NCBI GenBank assembly: GCA_016203115.1
Contig: JACQNJ010000007.1
Coordinates: 3,115 to 35,114 of the forward strand
Length of the DNA stretch: 32,000 nt
Direction: 5' to 3'
From: Candidatus Woesearchaeota archaeon
Lineage (GTDB): Archaea; Nanobdellota; Nanobdellia; SCGC-AAA011-G17; GW2011-AR20
Shown here in pieces: positions 7,904-16,462 of the stretch (position 1 is its first letter; every line of letters starts with the position of its first letter). Under the pieces are notes generated by a model, which was given only the letters and a program-made list of their open reading frames with translations, had not been told where the DNA came from and made no database searches. The position numbers and the translations under genes are program-made.

Positions 7904-10188
7904 GTCTTAAAATTCTTAACCTCTTTTTTTAGCCAGTTTCCCCATTCAAAGAAAATACGCTTGCTATCCAAGCTTCCAGTTTTCTCTCTCACATCATCCA
8001 TCAGCTGGTGAAACGAATCATTGCTCTTTACAACAAAATCAGCTTCCAATAACTGGTAATTATTAGTCTTATTGGCCATTTCAACTAAAGCTCTTTTTAT
8101 ATTTGCTCTTAACTGGATATTGTCAAGCACTGCATCCCAATTTCCAGTAAATTCTTTTATTTGGGAAGCAATAGACTTCAAAACATCGCTATCCCCTTGA
8201 AGCAAAGCCTCTGTTGGCTTCAAAAGATCATCTTTGACATCATATTTCATCAAATCAACAAATCCATTTTCTCTTAAAGGATCATTTTCCCAATGTTTTC
8301 TGACTTCAGTAATTTGTAAAATCCTTCTTTGTTTATGTAATCCCCCGCTAGTCTTAACCGGATTGCTAATTACAATAATATCTGTTGCTTTAAAGCTAGT
8401 TTTAGGTACTTCCAAATCATTTACAACTCTGTCATATACAGCATAGGGGCTAGCCCCATGGATAGTTCCCGCTACAAGATTAGCTAATGCCCCTATTCTC
8501 ATAGCCTCATAAAGTGCTTTACTCTCTGTCGATCTTATTTCGCCAATAATCAGGCTGCTATCTCCAAATCTTAAGCTTGTTCTTATTCCCTCATCAGCTC
8601 CAACTTCGCTTCCTCCTTTAGTCAAGGCACTCCTAACTTTCATGGCCTGGATGTTGTATCCTATTTTTCTTAAGTAATCATTTGGGATCTCCTGTGTATC
8701 CTCTACAACAATAATTCTATGCTTTCTCATTAACTCAACTAAAGTGCTTCCTAACAAAGAGGTTTTTCCAGATCCTCTTGTCCCAGCAAAAAGCACTGCT
8801 CTTCCTCCATCAACTAAAAAGCTTAATAAACCGGCTGCATAAGGCCCCATCATCCTGTTAGAAATAAATAAAGGATATGTCCAAGGGTTGTCTCTGTGTC
8901 TTCTAAAAGCAAAAGCTAATCCCGAAGGATTCAAAGGTTTGCCCATTACAGCAACTCTTGCTCTGGCATAAGGTAATATAAGCTCTGTATCTAAAACAGG
9001 GTTAGCTTCATCTAATGGTCTCCCACTAATAATCCTAAACTTGGTAGCCCAACTTTCTCCATCTTCTCTTGCAGGAATAATATTAGTAGTGCATTCATCA
9101 TAATCCCCATGAACAATAAACAAGGGCGTTTCTCCAATCGGTCCATTCACATTGATATCCTGGATATTTTTATCTTTCAATAAAAGCTCAACAAATCCAA
9201 ATCCTACAGTATACCTGACAAGAATATGGGCAAGTTCGTCAATTTCAGCATAGCTTAAATCATAGCCTCTGTGCTCAGCCAATTCAGTAAGCATATCTTT
9301 TCCAATGTTAAAGAAAGTTCTTCTCATTTTTTCAGGATCAGTAAATTCTTCTTTCTTAGGTTTGTATTCAAGCATAGAATTTCTGGCTAAATCTAAAAGA
9401 ACATACTTCTCCTCAGAAATTTTAAATTCTGGAGGACTTAAATGATAATAGTATTTAATATCATTTGGAATTTTATAAATAGTTACATCAGTTCCTGCAT
9501 CTAAGTTATAAGCATCAATTTCTTCCGCATATAAAGGAATTTCTGCCATTAACCTTGTAAAAACAAAGTCCGGTCCAATTTCAGGCTTAAAAACAGTTCT
9601 ATAAATTCCTCTGCTTCCAACAACATGCCCTGCAAGAGAATTCCTGACAAGAGAAATTAAGGTTGCTCCATCTAAAAGTTTGATAAGATAGTTCAATGTT
9701 TCAACATAAGCAGATCTCGCATGAACATCATCCAAAGATTCAGTTTTCCTTATCTTGATTTTCTCATCTCTTAAAATCCTTTTAAGCTCGACATAAGCAC
9801 CTATAGGGTCGCTTTTTAGCAAATTGTATATAAGAAAGTTCAGAGTTTCCCTCCACTCCTGTGAATAAAACTGAAAAGCTTCTGTCTGCTCAAAAAAGCT
9901 CAGAGATAGGATTTTCTTTTGTTTCGTCAAATAGCTATAAAGCCCTGCAATTTCATTTAAAATATTAGTTTGTTCATAGCTGTACACATAATTTCTTCGT
10001 TGAGTAAAAAGAATTGTATTGACTCCGGGAGATTCAACAAGAATATCCATAACTTTCGCCATTGTAGCATCACTATCCTCTATGCTGGGAATAGAAGGGT
10101 ATCCATCATAGTTTATCTTAAGAAGAGTATTTGCACCTTCTTTTTCAATTACATAACCCCCAGGTTTAACTTTCTTATCAAACAACAT
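7900..10188 (-). CDS. Type II/IV secretion-family ATPase (FlaI/PilB/VirB11 class) with long N-terminal extension
   Basis: Walker A GTRGSGKT (residues 469-476), Asp box RIIVVEDTQEI, Walker B SLIIGEIR, His box GTIHGAS. Confidence 0.9.
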   Translation of the reverse strand: MLFDKKVKPGGYVIEKEGANTLLKINYDGYPSIPSIEDSDATMAKVMDILVESPGVNTILFTQRRNYVYSYEQTNILNEIAGLYSYLTKQKKILSLSFFEQTEAFQFYSQEWRETLNFLIYNLLKSDPIGAYVELKRILRDEKIKIRKTESLDDVHARSAYVETLNYLIKLLDGATLISLVRNSLAGHVVGSRGIYRTVFKPEIGPDFVFTRLMAEIPLYAEEIDAYNLDAGTDVTIYKIPNDIKYYYHLSPPEFKISEEKYVLLDLARNSMLEYKPKKEEFTDPEKMRRTFFNIGKDMLTELAEHRGYDLSYAEIDELAHILVRYTVGFGFVELLLKDKNIQDINVNGPIGETPLFIVHGDYDECTTNIIPAREDGESWATKFRIISGRPLDEANPVLDTELILPYARARVAVMGKPLNPSGLAFAFRRHRDNPWTYPLFISNRMMGPYAAGLLSFLVDGGRAVLFAGTRGSGKTSLLGSTLVELMRKHRIIVVEDTQEIPNDYLRKIGYNIQAMKVRSALTKGGSEVGADEGIRTSLRFGDSSLIIGEIRSTESKALYEAMRIGALANLVAGTIHGASPYAVYDRVVNDLEVPKTSFKATDIIVISNPVKTSGGLHKQRRILQITEVRKHWENDPLRENGFVDLMKYDVKDDLLKPTEALLQGDSDVLKSIASQIKEFTGNWDAVLDNIQLRANIKRALVEMANKTNNYQLLEADFVVKSNDSFHQLMDDVREKTGSLDSKRIFFEWGNWLKKEVKNFKT

Positions 10189-10207
10189 ACTTAATTTAAA
10201 CTTAAGC

Positions 10208-10217
10208 TATATAAAAA
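10208..10217 (-). promoter_or_regulatory. TATA box of the ATPase/platform operon
   Basis: TTTTTATATA on the minus strand, centred about 24 nt upstream of the ATG at 10188. Confidence 0.4.
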
Positions 10218-10266
10218 CATTATGAAAAGCAAAATGTTTTTAAGCCGGTATAGCGTGCAAATATAA

Positions 10267-10647
10267 ATGCAAGAACAGCTTCAAATAGATCCATCAGAAA
10301 GAATTAGGTTGTTAGAAGCAAGATACGACAACCTAAGGGATAGAGTATTGATAGTAAATCAGAATATGATCGCAGAATACAAAAAGCTTCATCAAGAGAT
10401 AAAAGAAGTGAACCAAGACGTCAGAGAGTTAAAGACAGATATATTTGAAATAAAAAGTTCAATAACAAAAATAGCAGAAGAACTGAGATTTTTTGCAAAA
10501 AAAGAACACTTAAAAGTATTAGAAAAATACATTGAATTTTGGAGTCCATTAAAGTTTGTAACAGAGTCTCAGTTGCAAAGCATTTTAGAAAAGAGGGGTG
10601 ATAAAAATACCAGAACAAAAAAAAGAGCCTTACAGCCAAGAAGCTGA
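10267..10647 (+). CDS. Coiled-coil protein, unknown function
   Basis: Heptad-rich sequence such as LHQEIKEVNQDVRELKTDIFEIKSSITKIAEEL. A TATA-like TTTTTAAG lies about 26 nt upstream of the ATG. Confidence 0.5.
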   Translation: MQEQLQIDPSERIRLLEARYDNLRDRVLIVNQNMIAEYKKLHQEIKEVNQDVRELKTDIFEIKSSITKIAEELRFFAKKEHLKVLEKYIEFWSPLKFVTESQLQSILEKRGDKNTRTKKRALQPRS

Positions 10648-11194
10648 TCAAAATTCAAATGAAGAAAAACCTGTAAAGCAGCAAAATATTTTAGATACTC
10701 TAGATCAGTTTACAACAAGTTCTCCCCAAAAGCCCCAAAAGGCAAAAGAAAATCAGGAAGATGCTGAACAAGAACTGATGGAAGAAGCTCCTTCTCCCTG
10801 GGAAGAAAAAACCCAGTTCCCAGTAATTGAGCAGCATTACAGTCCGCAGCAATATTACCCGCAATCTTCGACAACAGAAGAAATCCAGGAGATCGCAGAG
10901 TCTATCATAGAAGAAAGATGGCAGGAATTTATGGCAAGAGCAGGCGATTTTGAAATCTGGAAAGAAAGAACAGACAGAGAAATAATTTCCATGAAACAAG
11001 AGATCATAAGAACTCAAGATAGGTTTAACAATCTTCAAAAAGCAGTATTAGGGAAAGTTTCTGAGTATAATGAAAATATTTTAAATATTGGCACAGAAAT
11101 GAAAGCCTTAGAAAAAGTATTTGAAAAAATATTAGATCCCTTAGTAACAAATATAAAAGAATTAGAGAGGATAACAAATAAGTTAAAAAAATAA
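10598..11194 (+). CDS. Acidic Q/P/E-rich linker plus C-terminal coiled-coil protein, unknown function
   Basis: The track ORF has a GTG start and overlaps the previous ORF by 50 nt in the +1 frame. The C-terminal 100 aa are strongly heptad-like. Confidence 0.5.
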   Translation: MIKIPEQKKEPYSQEADQNSNEEKPVKQQNILDTLDQFTTSSPQKPQKAKENQEDAEQELMEEAPSPWEEKTQFPVIEQHYSPQQYYPQSSTTEEIQEIAESIIEERWQEFMARAGDFEIWKERTDREIISMKQEIIRTQDRFNNLQKAVLGKVSEYNENILNIGTEMKALEKVFEKILDPLVTNIKELERITNKLKK

Positions 11195-11758
11195 TTATTT
11201 CATAGGTACTACATTCTCTGAAATTAAGCGAATAGCAAAAGCCGCAATAATTAATAAAAATAGAGCTCCTAAAACCCTGGGATGCACAATCGCCTGCAAT
11301 CCTTCAGAAGTAGCAGAGCCACTATCTCCTTCTATAACAATCTTCTTGCCAGATTCATCAAATTGCCCAGGCAGATCAGAGCCAAACACCTGTCCAATAG
11401 AGACAAACAAGATGATAATACTAATAATAATTATAGTCCAGTACACTCTGGGGTCAGTCATAACCTGCTCACTTATTACTTTTGTAGATACTCCAAAAAA
11501 AACAAAGAAGCTAATAATAAACAAACCCACTACTAGCATTATAATAAACCAGGGGGTTATGAAACTAACAAACCTCATGGCATCTCCTGCAAACAAAAAC
11601 ACCATCGCTATTGAAAAGGCAATTGCAGCATGAATCCCCTTATTGTCCCCAACAAGTTTAAACTTGTCCATCATTGCATATACCAGTGTAAATACAAAAA
11701 TAAAGGAAAAAATAGGTGCAATAAGCCTCAATAAGCTTATATCAATAACAGTTGCCAT
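11195..11758 (-). CDS. Polytopic membrane protein, divergent member of a tandem paralog trio
   Basis: Same length and TM layout as the two upstream genes. The N-terminus IAPIFSFIFVFTLVYAMMDKF is weakly related to their LPFLLVF..VFA.LEKT motif. Confidence 0.6.
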   Translation of the reverse strand: MATVIDISLLRLIAPIFSFIFVFTLVYAMMDKFKLVGDNKGIHAAIAFSIAMVFLFAGDAMRFVSFITPWFIIMLVVGLFIISFFVFFGVSTKVISEQVMTDPRVYWTIIIISIIILFVSIGQVFGSDLPGQFDESGKKIVIEGDSGSATSEGLQAIVHPRVLGALFLLIIAAFAIRLISENVVPMK

Positions 11759-11760
11759 AA

Positions 11761-12327
11761 CTATTTGCTCCTTGGACCCCTTCCAAACAAAAGCTCTAAT
11801 GCATCATGAGTATCCTTAAATGTCGTTTTATCCCTGCCACTACCAACAACTGCAAAAATAACAATTGCAATAATCAATAATACAAGAATAAGGGCACCAT
11901 TATCCTGCACCCAATAAGGAACTCTGAAGTCTAAGCTAGGTCCTAAAGCCCAATAAGTAGCAACTATTGAAATAATCGCCGCAAGTAACAGTAAAAATCC
12001 ACCTAAACCACTTTCTACATTAGCACCAAATAACCCAAACAATATCAACACCATCAAAGCAATAATAATGAAAAAAGATATCTTTGGTAAAAACGTATTT
12101 AAAGTTTGAATTATTTCAAATTGATTGACAATAACTAATCCCATGACTAATGCAACTACAGCATTGATATTTCTCTTAGATTCCCCCCCCTTAGTTTTGC
12201 CAAAAAGAAAAGTTTTCTCCAAAATAGCAAAAACAATAGTAAAAACTAATAAGAAAGGCAGTATAAAATCATATAATCCAATATCCTGTAATTGAGCAAA
12301 AACATCTTGTACTTGTGAAACCATCAT
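11761..12327 (-). CDS. Polytopic membrane protein, tandem paralog 2
   Basis: GLYDFILPFLLVFTIVFAILEKTFLFGK parallels GLFDVVLPFLLVFSLVFAVLEKTMILGK of the upstream gene. The two genes overlap by 4 nt. Confidence 0.6.
   Translation of the reverse strand: MMVSQVQDVFAQLQDIGLYDFILPFLLVFTIVFAILEKTFLFGKTKGGESKRNINAVVALVMGLVIVNQFEIIQTLNTFLPKISFFIIIALMVLILFGLFGANVESGLGGFLLLLAAIISIVATYWALGPSLDFRVPYWVQDNGALILVLLIIAIVIFAVVGSGRDKTTFKDTHDALELLFGRGPRSK
12183..12190 (-). repeat. G8 homopolymer (C8 on plus strand) inside the paralog-2 coding sequence
   Basis: Codons AAG GGG GGG GAA (K-G-G-E). This is the longest G/C run I found in the window. Confidence 0.8.
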
Positions 12328-12911
12328 TCATCAGCTCCTTTTTTCTTTTTTTCTGGCTCTCCACTAGGAGAATTCGTGACATAATATATCGCACCTAGTA
12401 TAACTAAAAAGATTATAATAGAGGAAAACACAGCTCCACTCCACTGAGTAAGAATAAAATCCCAAACAAAGTCTAACCAACTTTTTCCAGAGTCAGTAGG
12501 AATTGCATCCAAAAATACTAAAACAACTCCAAGAAACATAATGACCACAATAAACTTGTTTGCTTTGCTGTGGCTTTCAGAAAATTTAAACTCTCCAGTC
12601 CCAACAAAAATTCCAATAAGTAGTAAAAACATTAAGGAAACAACAAGCAATAGCATAATATTAGGTAATGCTGTATTGATAATGCTCACAATTCTTGTAC
12701 TCGCAATAACTAGCATTGCAATGACAAAAGCCATAGAAGCATTCAGGTTTTTATTAGGAATATCTTTGTTACCATGGCTCTCTTTCCCCAAGATCATAGT
12801 TTTTTCAAGAACAGCAAAAACAAGAGAAAAGACCAGAAGAAAAGGCAAAACTACATCAAATAACCCAAACTCTTGAAAAAATTGAAGAGCATTCTGCAAA
12901 GACGAAGCCAT
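12324..12911 (-). CDS. Polytopic membrane protein, tandem paralog 3 (first in operon)
   Basis: See paralog 2. A TTTATATA box at 12934..12941 lies about 26 nt upstream of the ATG. Confidence 0.6.
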   Translation of the reverse strand: MASSLQNALQFFQEFGLFDVVLPFLLVFSLVFAVLEKTMILGKESHGNKDIPNKNLNASMAFVIAMLVIASTRIVSIINTALPNIMLLLVVSLMFLLLIGIFVGTGEFKFSESHSKANKFIVVIMFLGVVLVFLDAIPTDSGKSWLDFVWDFILTQWSGAVFSSIIIFLVILGAIYYVTNSPSGEPEKKKKGADE

Positions 12912-12943
12912 AAAAAGCTTTTGATTTCAGAACTATATAAATT

Positions 12944-13216
12944 TTACTCTTCCTCTTCGCTTTGTTCTTGTTGAGGAATAGCTTCTCTGCTGATTAAGAC
13001 TACATCTCCAAAAGACTTAATCATTTGATGCGGAACAATAACTCCTTTAGCTCCACCCAAAACTTTGCTCAGATGAGACCCCTTTGTAGCCCTCACCTTC
13101 CATCCAAAAACCTTATTGGAAGACAAAATGCTTTCTTCAACATCCCCAAAGTAATTTCCATCATCAGTGAAAACCTTCATATCGTAAACTTCAGTGACTC
13201 TTTTTGTTCTTAACAT
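12944..13216 (-). CDS. PRC-barrel domain protein with acidic tail
   Basis: VTEVYDMKVFTDDGNYFGDVEESILSSNKVFGWKV is a typical PRC-barrel core. The C-terminus is QQEQSEEEE. Confidence 0.7.
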   Translation of the reverse strand: MLRTKRVTEVYDMKVFTDDGNYFGDVEESILSSNKVFGWKVRATKGSHLSKVLGGAKGVIVPHQMIKSFGDVVLISREAIPQQEQSEEEE

Positions 13217-13233
13217 AGCTCCTCTACATTCAC

Positions 13234-13247
13234 TTTATATATTTAAA
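13234..13247. promoter_or_regulatory. Near-palindromic shared TATA element between divergent PRC-barrel and traB genes
   Basis: TTTATATATTTAAA sits in the middle of the 46-bp ATG-to-ATG spacer, about 24 nt from 13216 and about 23 nt from 13263. Confidence 0.4.
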
Positions 13248-13262
13248 GATTTCTCTTATCAC

Positions 13263-13934
13263 ATGCTATCATACAAAAATATATATCTCCTTGGAACCTC
13301 TCATATAGCTCAAGAATCAATAGATAAAGTCAAGGAGGTTATAGAAACAAAAAAGCCGGATATTGTAGCAGTAGAGCTAGACAAAAAAAGAGTTTACGCC
13401 TTATTTAACAAAAGAAGGCCAAGCATAAAGGATATAAAAGTTTTAGGAATAAAGGGTTTTTTTATAAGTCTTATAGGATCCTATATTGAAAAAAAGCTTG
13501 GAAAGTTAGTGGGTGTAGCTCCTGGAAGTGAAATGAAAGCAGCAATAAACTTGGCCAGAAAAAATAAGATAGCAATAGCATTAATAGACCAAGATATAGG
13601 TATTACCCTCAAAAAATTATCAAAAAGCATAACATGGAGAGAAAAGCTAAGATTTCTTAAAGAGATAATAAAGGGGATAATAACAAGAAAGCCACAGATA
13701 GAGCCTTTTGACATCAGAAAGGTTCCTCCGAAAGAAACAATAGAAAAAATGATCAAAATGGTAAAAAAATCTTATCCTAATGTCTACAAAGTGCTAATAG
13801 AGGAAAGAAATGAGGTGATGGCAAAAAACTTATATAGCCTAATGACTAACAACCAAAATAAAACAATTTTCGCAATAGTTGGCGCAGGGCATGAAGAAGG
13901 AATCATTAAAGTTCTCAGGGGAAATTCTAGATAG
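13263..13934 (+). CDS. TraB/PrgY/Tiki-like family protein
   Basis: YLLGTSHIAQES, DIVAVELD, EERN and VGAGHEEG motifs. I prefer the ATG at 13263 (MLSYKNIYLLGTSH). The track start at 13194 would overlap the divergent PRC-barrel gene. Confidence 0.8.
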   Translation: MLSYKNIYLLGTSHIAQESIDKVKEVIETKKPDIVAVELDKKRVYALFNKRRPSIKDIKVLGIKGFFISLIGSYIEKKLGKLVGVAPGSEMKAAINLARKNKIAIALIDQDIGITLKKLSKSITWREKLRFLKEIIKGIITRKPQIEPFDIRKVPPKETIEKMIKMVKKSYPNVYKVLIEERNEVMAKNLYSLMTNNQNKTIFAIVGAGHEEGIIKVLRGNSR

Positions 13935-14649
13935 CCTAATTATAATAATTCTTTTAACATTAATTTTTGCTTATAATGACAGAAAAGAGGTTACAACTCT
14001 AGTATCTTGGCTCGCAAATCTCTTTAGAACATTCATAATTGTTGCAATATCTGTGCAAGTGCTTATACTCGGTTATAAGTTAGCAGCAAAATATTACAGG
14101 GTTTCATTAAAATTCACTCTTTGGAAGATAATAGAGCAAGAAAAAAAGATTTCATTGAAGGCATTTCATCTCCCTCTACCAACATATCTAGGGCAGATAA
14201 TGGCAATAATAGTAACACTAGTATCATCAGGCTTGCAATATTTCACTGCAATCTCCAGATTTTCACTAGACACAGAAAGAATTGACAGAAAATATAAGTA
14301 CGTAAGGGACCATGAGGCTTCAATGATATCAATCGCAGGAATACTGAGCAGTTTCATAGCCTTAATTTTCTTCAGGCAGATAAACTCAGAAACAGGCACT
14401 ATTGTAAACACCTGGATAATCATTGGCAACTTAATTCCTTTTTCAACGCTTCCTGGAAATTATATCGCAATGCACTCAAGAACTAGTTATGTTTTTGTAG
14501 CATCAATAGTAATAATTACATTAATTTTAGTGGGGGTTCTATCTGCAAAAATAGCATTAATTCTTGCATTAATTGCCGCCATGATCCTCACTTTAGCTTA
14601 CTTCAGGTATATAGAATATGGTAAAAAGATGTTCTCAGACAAATTTTAA
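13891..14649 (+). CDS. Polytopic membrane protein resembling a catalytically dead M50 (site-2 protease) domain
   Basis: VLILGYKLAAKYYRV aligns to the M50 consensus xHELGHALAAKxYGV with H, E and H replaced by L, I and Y. NLIPFSTLPGN aligns to NLLPxxPLDGG with D replaced by P. The ATG at 13891 (or the track TTG at 13879) overlaps the traB 3' end in another frame. Confidence 0.5.
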   Translation: MKKESLKFSGEILDSLIIIILLTLIFAYNDRKEVTTLVSWLANLFRTFIIVAISVQVLILGYKLAAKYYRVSLKFTLWKIIEQEKKISLKAFHLPLPTYLGQIMAIIVTLVSSGLQYFTAISRFSLDTERIDRKYKYVRDHEASMISIAGILSSFIALIFFRQINSETGTIVNTWIIIGNLIPFSTLPGNYIAMHSRTSYVFVASIVIITLILVGVLSAKIALILALIAAMILTLAYFRYIEYGKKMFSDKF

Positions 14650-14912
14650 AAAAGGGAAAGAATACCCTTTTGCAGCAGCCATAATGCAAAAAGTAGATTA
14701 AAAAAGCTATAAAAGTTAAACAGAATCAAAATCATAAAAACAACAGCAACCATATCTATCCAGCTAGACCAGTTCATCAAAAAAATTAAGCTTTTTAGCA
14801 GGAGTAAAAATGTTATAAGAATAAAAGCTCCCGTAAAAACAATATCAAATCCAGCGAGTATAAAAAAAGCCGCAGCAAAAAGATCAACAAGCCCAAGAAG
14901 TTTGGCAATCAT
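14646..14912 (-). CDS. Small three-TM membrane protein, unknown function
   Basis: 88 aa, almost entirely hydrophobic. A TATA-like box lies about 26 nt upstream. Confidence 0.45.
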   Translation of the reverse strand: MIAKLLGLVDLFAAAFFILAGFDIVFTGAFILITFLLLLKSLIFLMNWSSWIDMVAVVFMILILFNFYSFFNLLFALWLLQKGILSLF

Positions 14913-14923
14913 AAGGCAAATAG

Positions 14924-14942
14924 TTTAAATAGGTTTTTAAAT
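14924..14942. promoter_or_regulatory. Back-to-back TATA boxes for hef helicase (+) and the 88-aa membrane protein (-)
   Basis: TTTAAATA (14924..14931) lies about 25 nt upstream of 14953. ATTTAAAAA on the minus strand (14933..14942) lies about 26 nt upstream of 14912. Confidence 0.4.
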
Positions 14943-14952
14943 CTTTATACAA

Positions 14953-16461
14953 ATGTTTGAAATTAAGAATTACAAACCAAGAGGGTACCAGGAAAACATA
15001 GTAAAAACTGCGCTTTATCATAATACATTGATTATTCTTCCTACAGGCCTAGGAAAAACAAAAACAGCAATATTGCTGGCAGTAAAAAGGTTAAATGAAT
15101 ACAGTAATACGCAAGTACTTTTTCTTACACCCACAAAACCTTTAGCAGCACAGATTATAAAAGAATTCCAGGAAAATACAAACATAGAAGAGGAATATGT
15201 CCAAATGCTCACAGGAGTAATATCTCCTAAAAAAAGAATAGATGTATTTAGGCAAAGCAAGATAATAATAGCAACACCGCAAACAATTCAAAAAGATTTA
15301 GAAAATAGCAGAATAAGCTTGGAAGACGTTTCCCTCTTAGTTATTGATGAGGCCCATAGGTCAAAGGAGAATTACGCAAATACAAAAGTAGCATCTTTTT
15401 ACAGCAAACAAGCAAGGAATCAAAGAATAATTGCTCTAACTGCCTCTCCAGGAGGTACAAAAGAAAAGATAGATGATGTCTGCAAAAATCTCTTCATAGA
15501 AAAAGTAGAAATTAGAGAAGAACAGCATAAAGAAGTATCAAAATACGTGCAAAAGAAAGAAATAAAATGGATAGAAGTAGAATTGCCAAAAGAAATGAAA
15601 GAAATTCACAAAGCAATAAAAGAAGTATACAAATCAAGATTAAAAGATCTTACAAAACTTGGATTTCATAAACCCATGAATGTAATAAGCAAAACAGACA
15701 TCCTCAAATTGCAGGTACAATTAAGAAAAGAAATAGAAAATAGAAATCAAATAGCATTTTATGGTATATCCTTAACATCATACCTGCTTAAAGTAGACTA
15801 TCTCTTAGAACTTCTAGAAACGCAGGGATTAGAAGCAGTTCAAAAATATTGGGAAAAGCTAAAAACAGAAAGTTCAAAAGCTGCAAAAGCTTTATTTAAT
15901 AATAAAGAAATAAAGGATATTATGGAAAAAAATAATGAGCTGATAAAAAAAGGTATGAAACATCCAAAGCTGGGCATATTAAGAGAAACTGCAATTAGTG
16001 AGTTAAATTCAAATCCCGAGGCAAAGATAATTATTTTCGCGAACTATAGAAGCACGATAGAAGAAATATTAAGATACATAAATGATGAAGGGGGTATAAA
16101 AGCAGTTAAGTTAATAGGGCAAAAGTCCGGACTATCACAAAAAGAGCAGATAGAAACAATAAAAAGTTTCGCGGAAGGAAAATATAATGTAATGGTAGCC
16201 TCACAAGTGGGTGAAGAAGGACTGGATATCTGCGGGGCTAATTTAGCCATAATGTTTGATCAGGGATCCAGCTCTGAAATCAGGAAGATACAAAGGTATG
16301 GGAGAGTAGCCCGCCTAGAATCAGGGAAGATAATATCTCTGTTAACAAAGGATACAAGGGAAATTGGATATTACTGGGCAATCAAAAGAAAGGAAAATAC
16401 TATGAGGGGAATACTTCGAAAGATGCAAGCGGATAAAGAAAGCCAATCAATATTAAGATGA
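14953..16461 (+). CDS. hef: Hef-type (FANCM/Mph1-like) superfamily 2 helicase, helicase part only
   Basis: Motif I LPTGLGKT, motif II VIDEAHR, TASPG, an inserted helical domain between the RecA lobes, VGEEGLDI, and QRYGRVAR. Confidence 0.85.
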   Translation: MFEIKNYKPRGYQENIVKTALYHNTLIILPTGLGKTKTAILLAVKRLNEYSNTQVLFLTPTKPLAAQIIKEFQENTNIEEEYVQMLTGVISPKKRIDVFRQSKIIIATPQTIQKDLENSRISLEDVSLLVIDEAHRSKENYANTKVASFYSKQARNQRIIALTASPGGTKEKIDDVCKNLFIEKVEIREEQHKEVSKYVQKKEIKWIEVELPKEMKEIHKAIKEVYKSRLKDLTKLGFHKPMNVISKTDILKLQVQLRKEIENRNQIAFYGISLTSYLLKVDYLLELLETQGLEAVQKYWEKLKTESSKAAKALFNNKEIKDIMEKNNELIKKGMKHPKLGILRETAISELNSNPEAKIIIFANYRSTIEEILRYINDEGGIKAVKLIGQKSGLSQKEQIETIKSFAEGKYNVMVASQVGEEGLDICGANLAIMFDQGSSSEIRKIQRYGRVARLESGKIISLLTKDTREIGYYWAIKRKENTMRGILRKMQADKESQSILR

Positions 16462-16462
16462 A

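Noticed and set aside
13194-13262. Upstream start of traB at 13194 as given in the ORF track.
   Set aside because: It would overlap the divergent PRC-barrel gene and run through the shared TATA element. The ATG at 13263 gives the canonical N-terminus directly before the GTSH motif.
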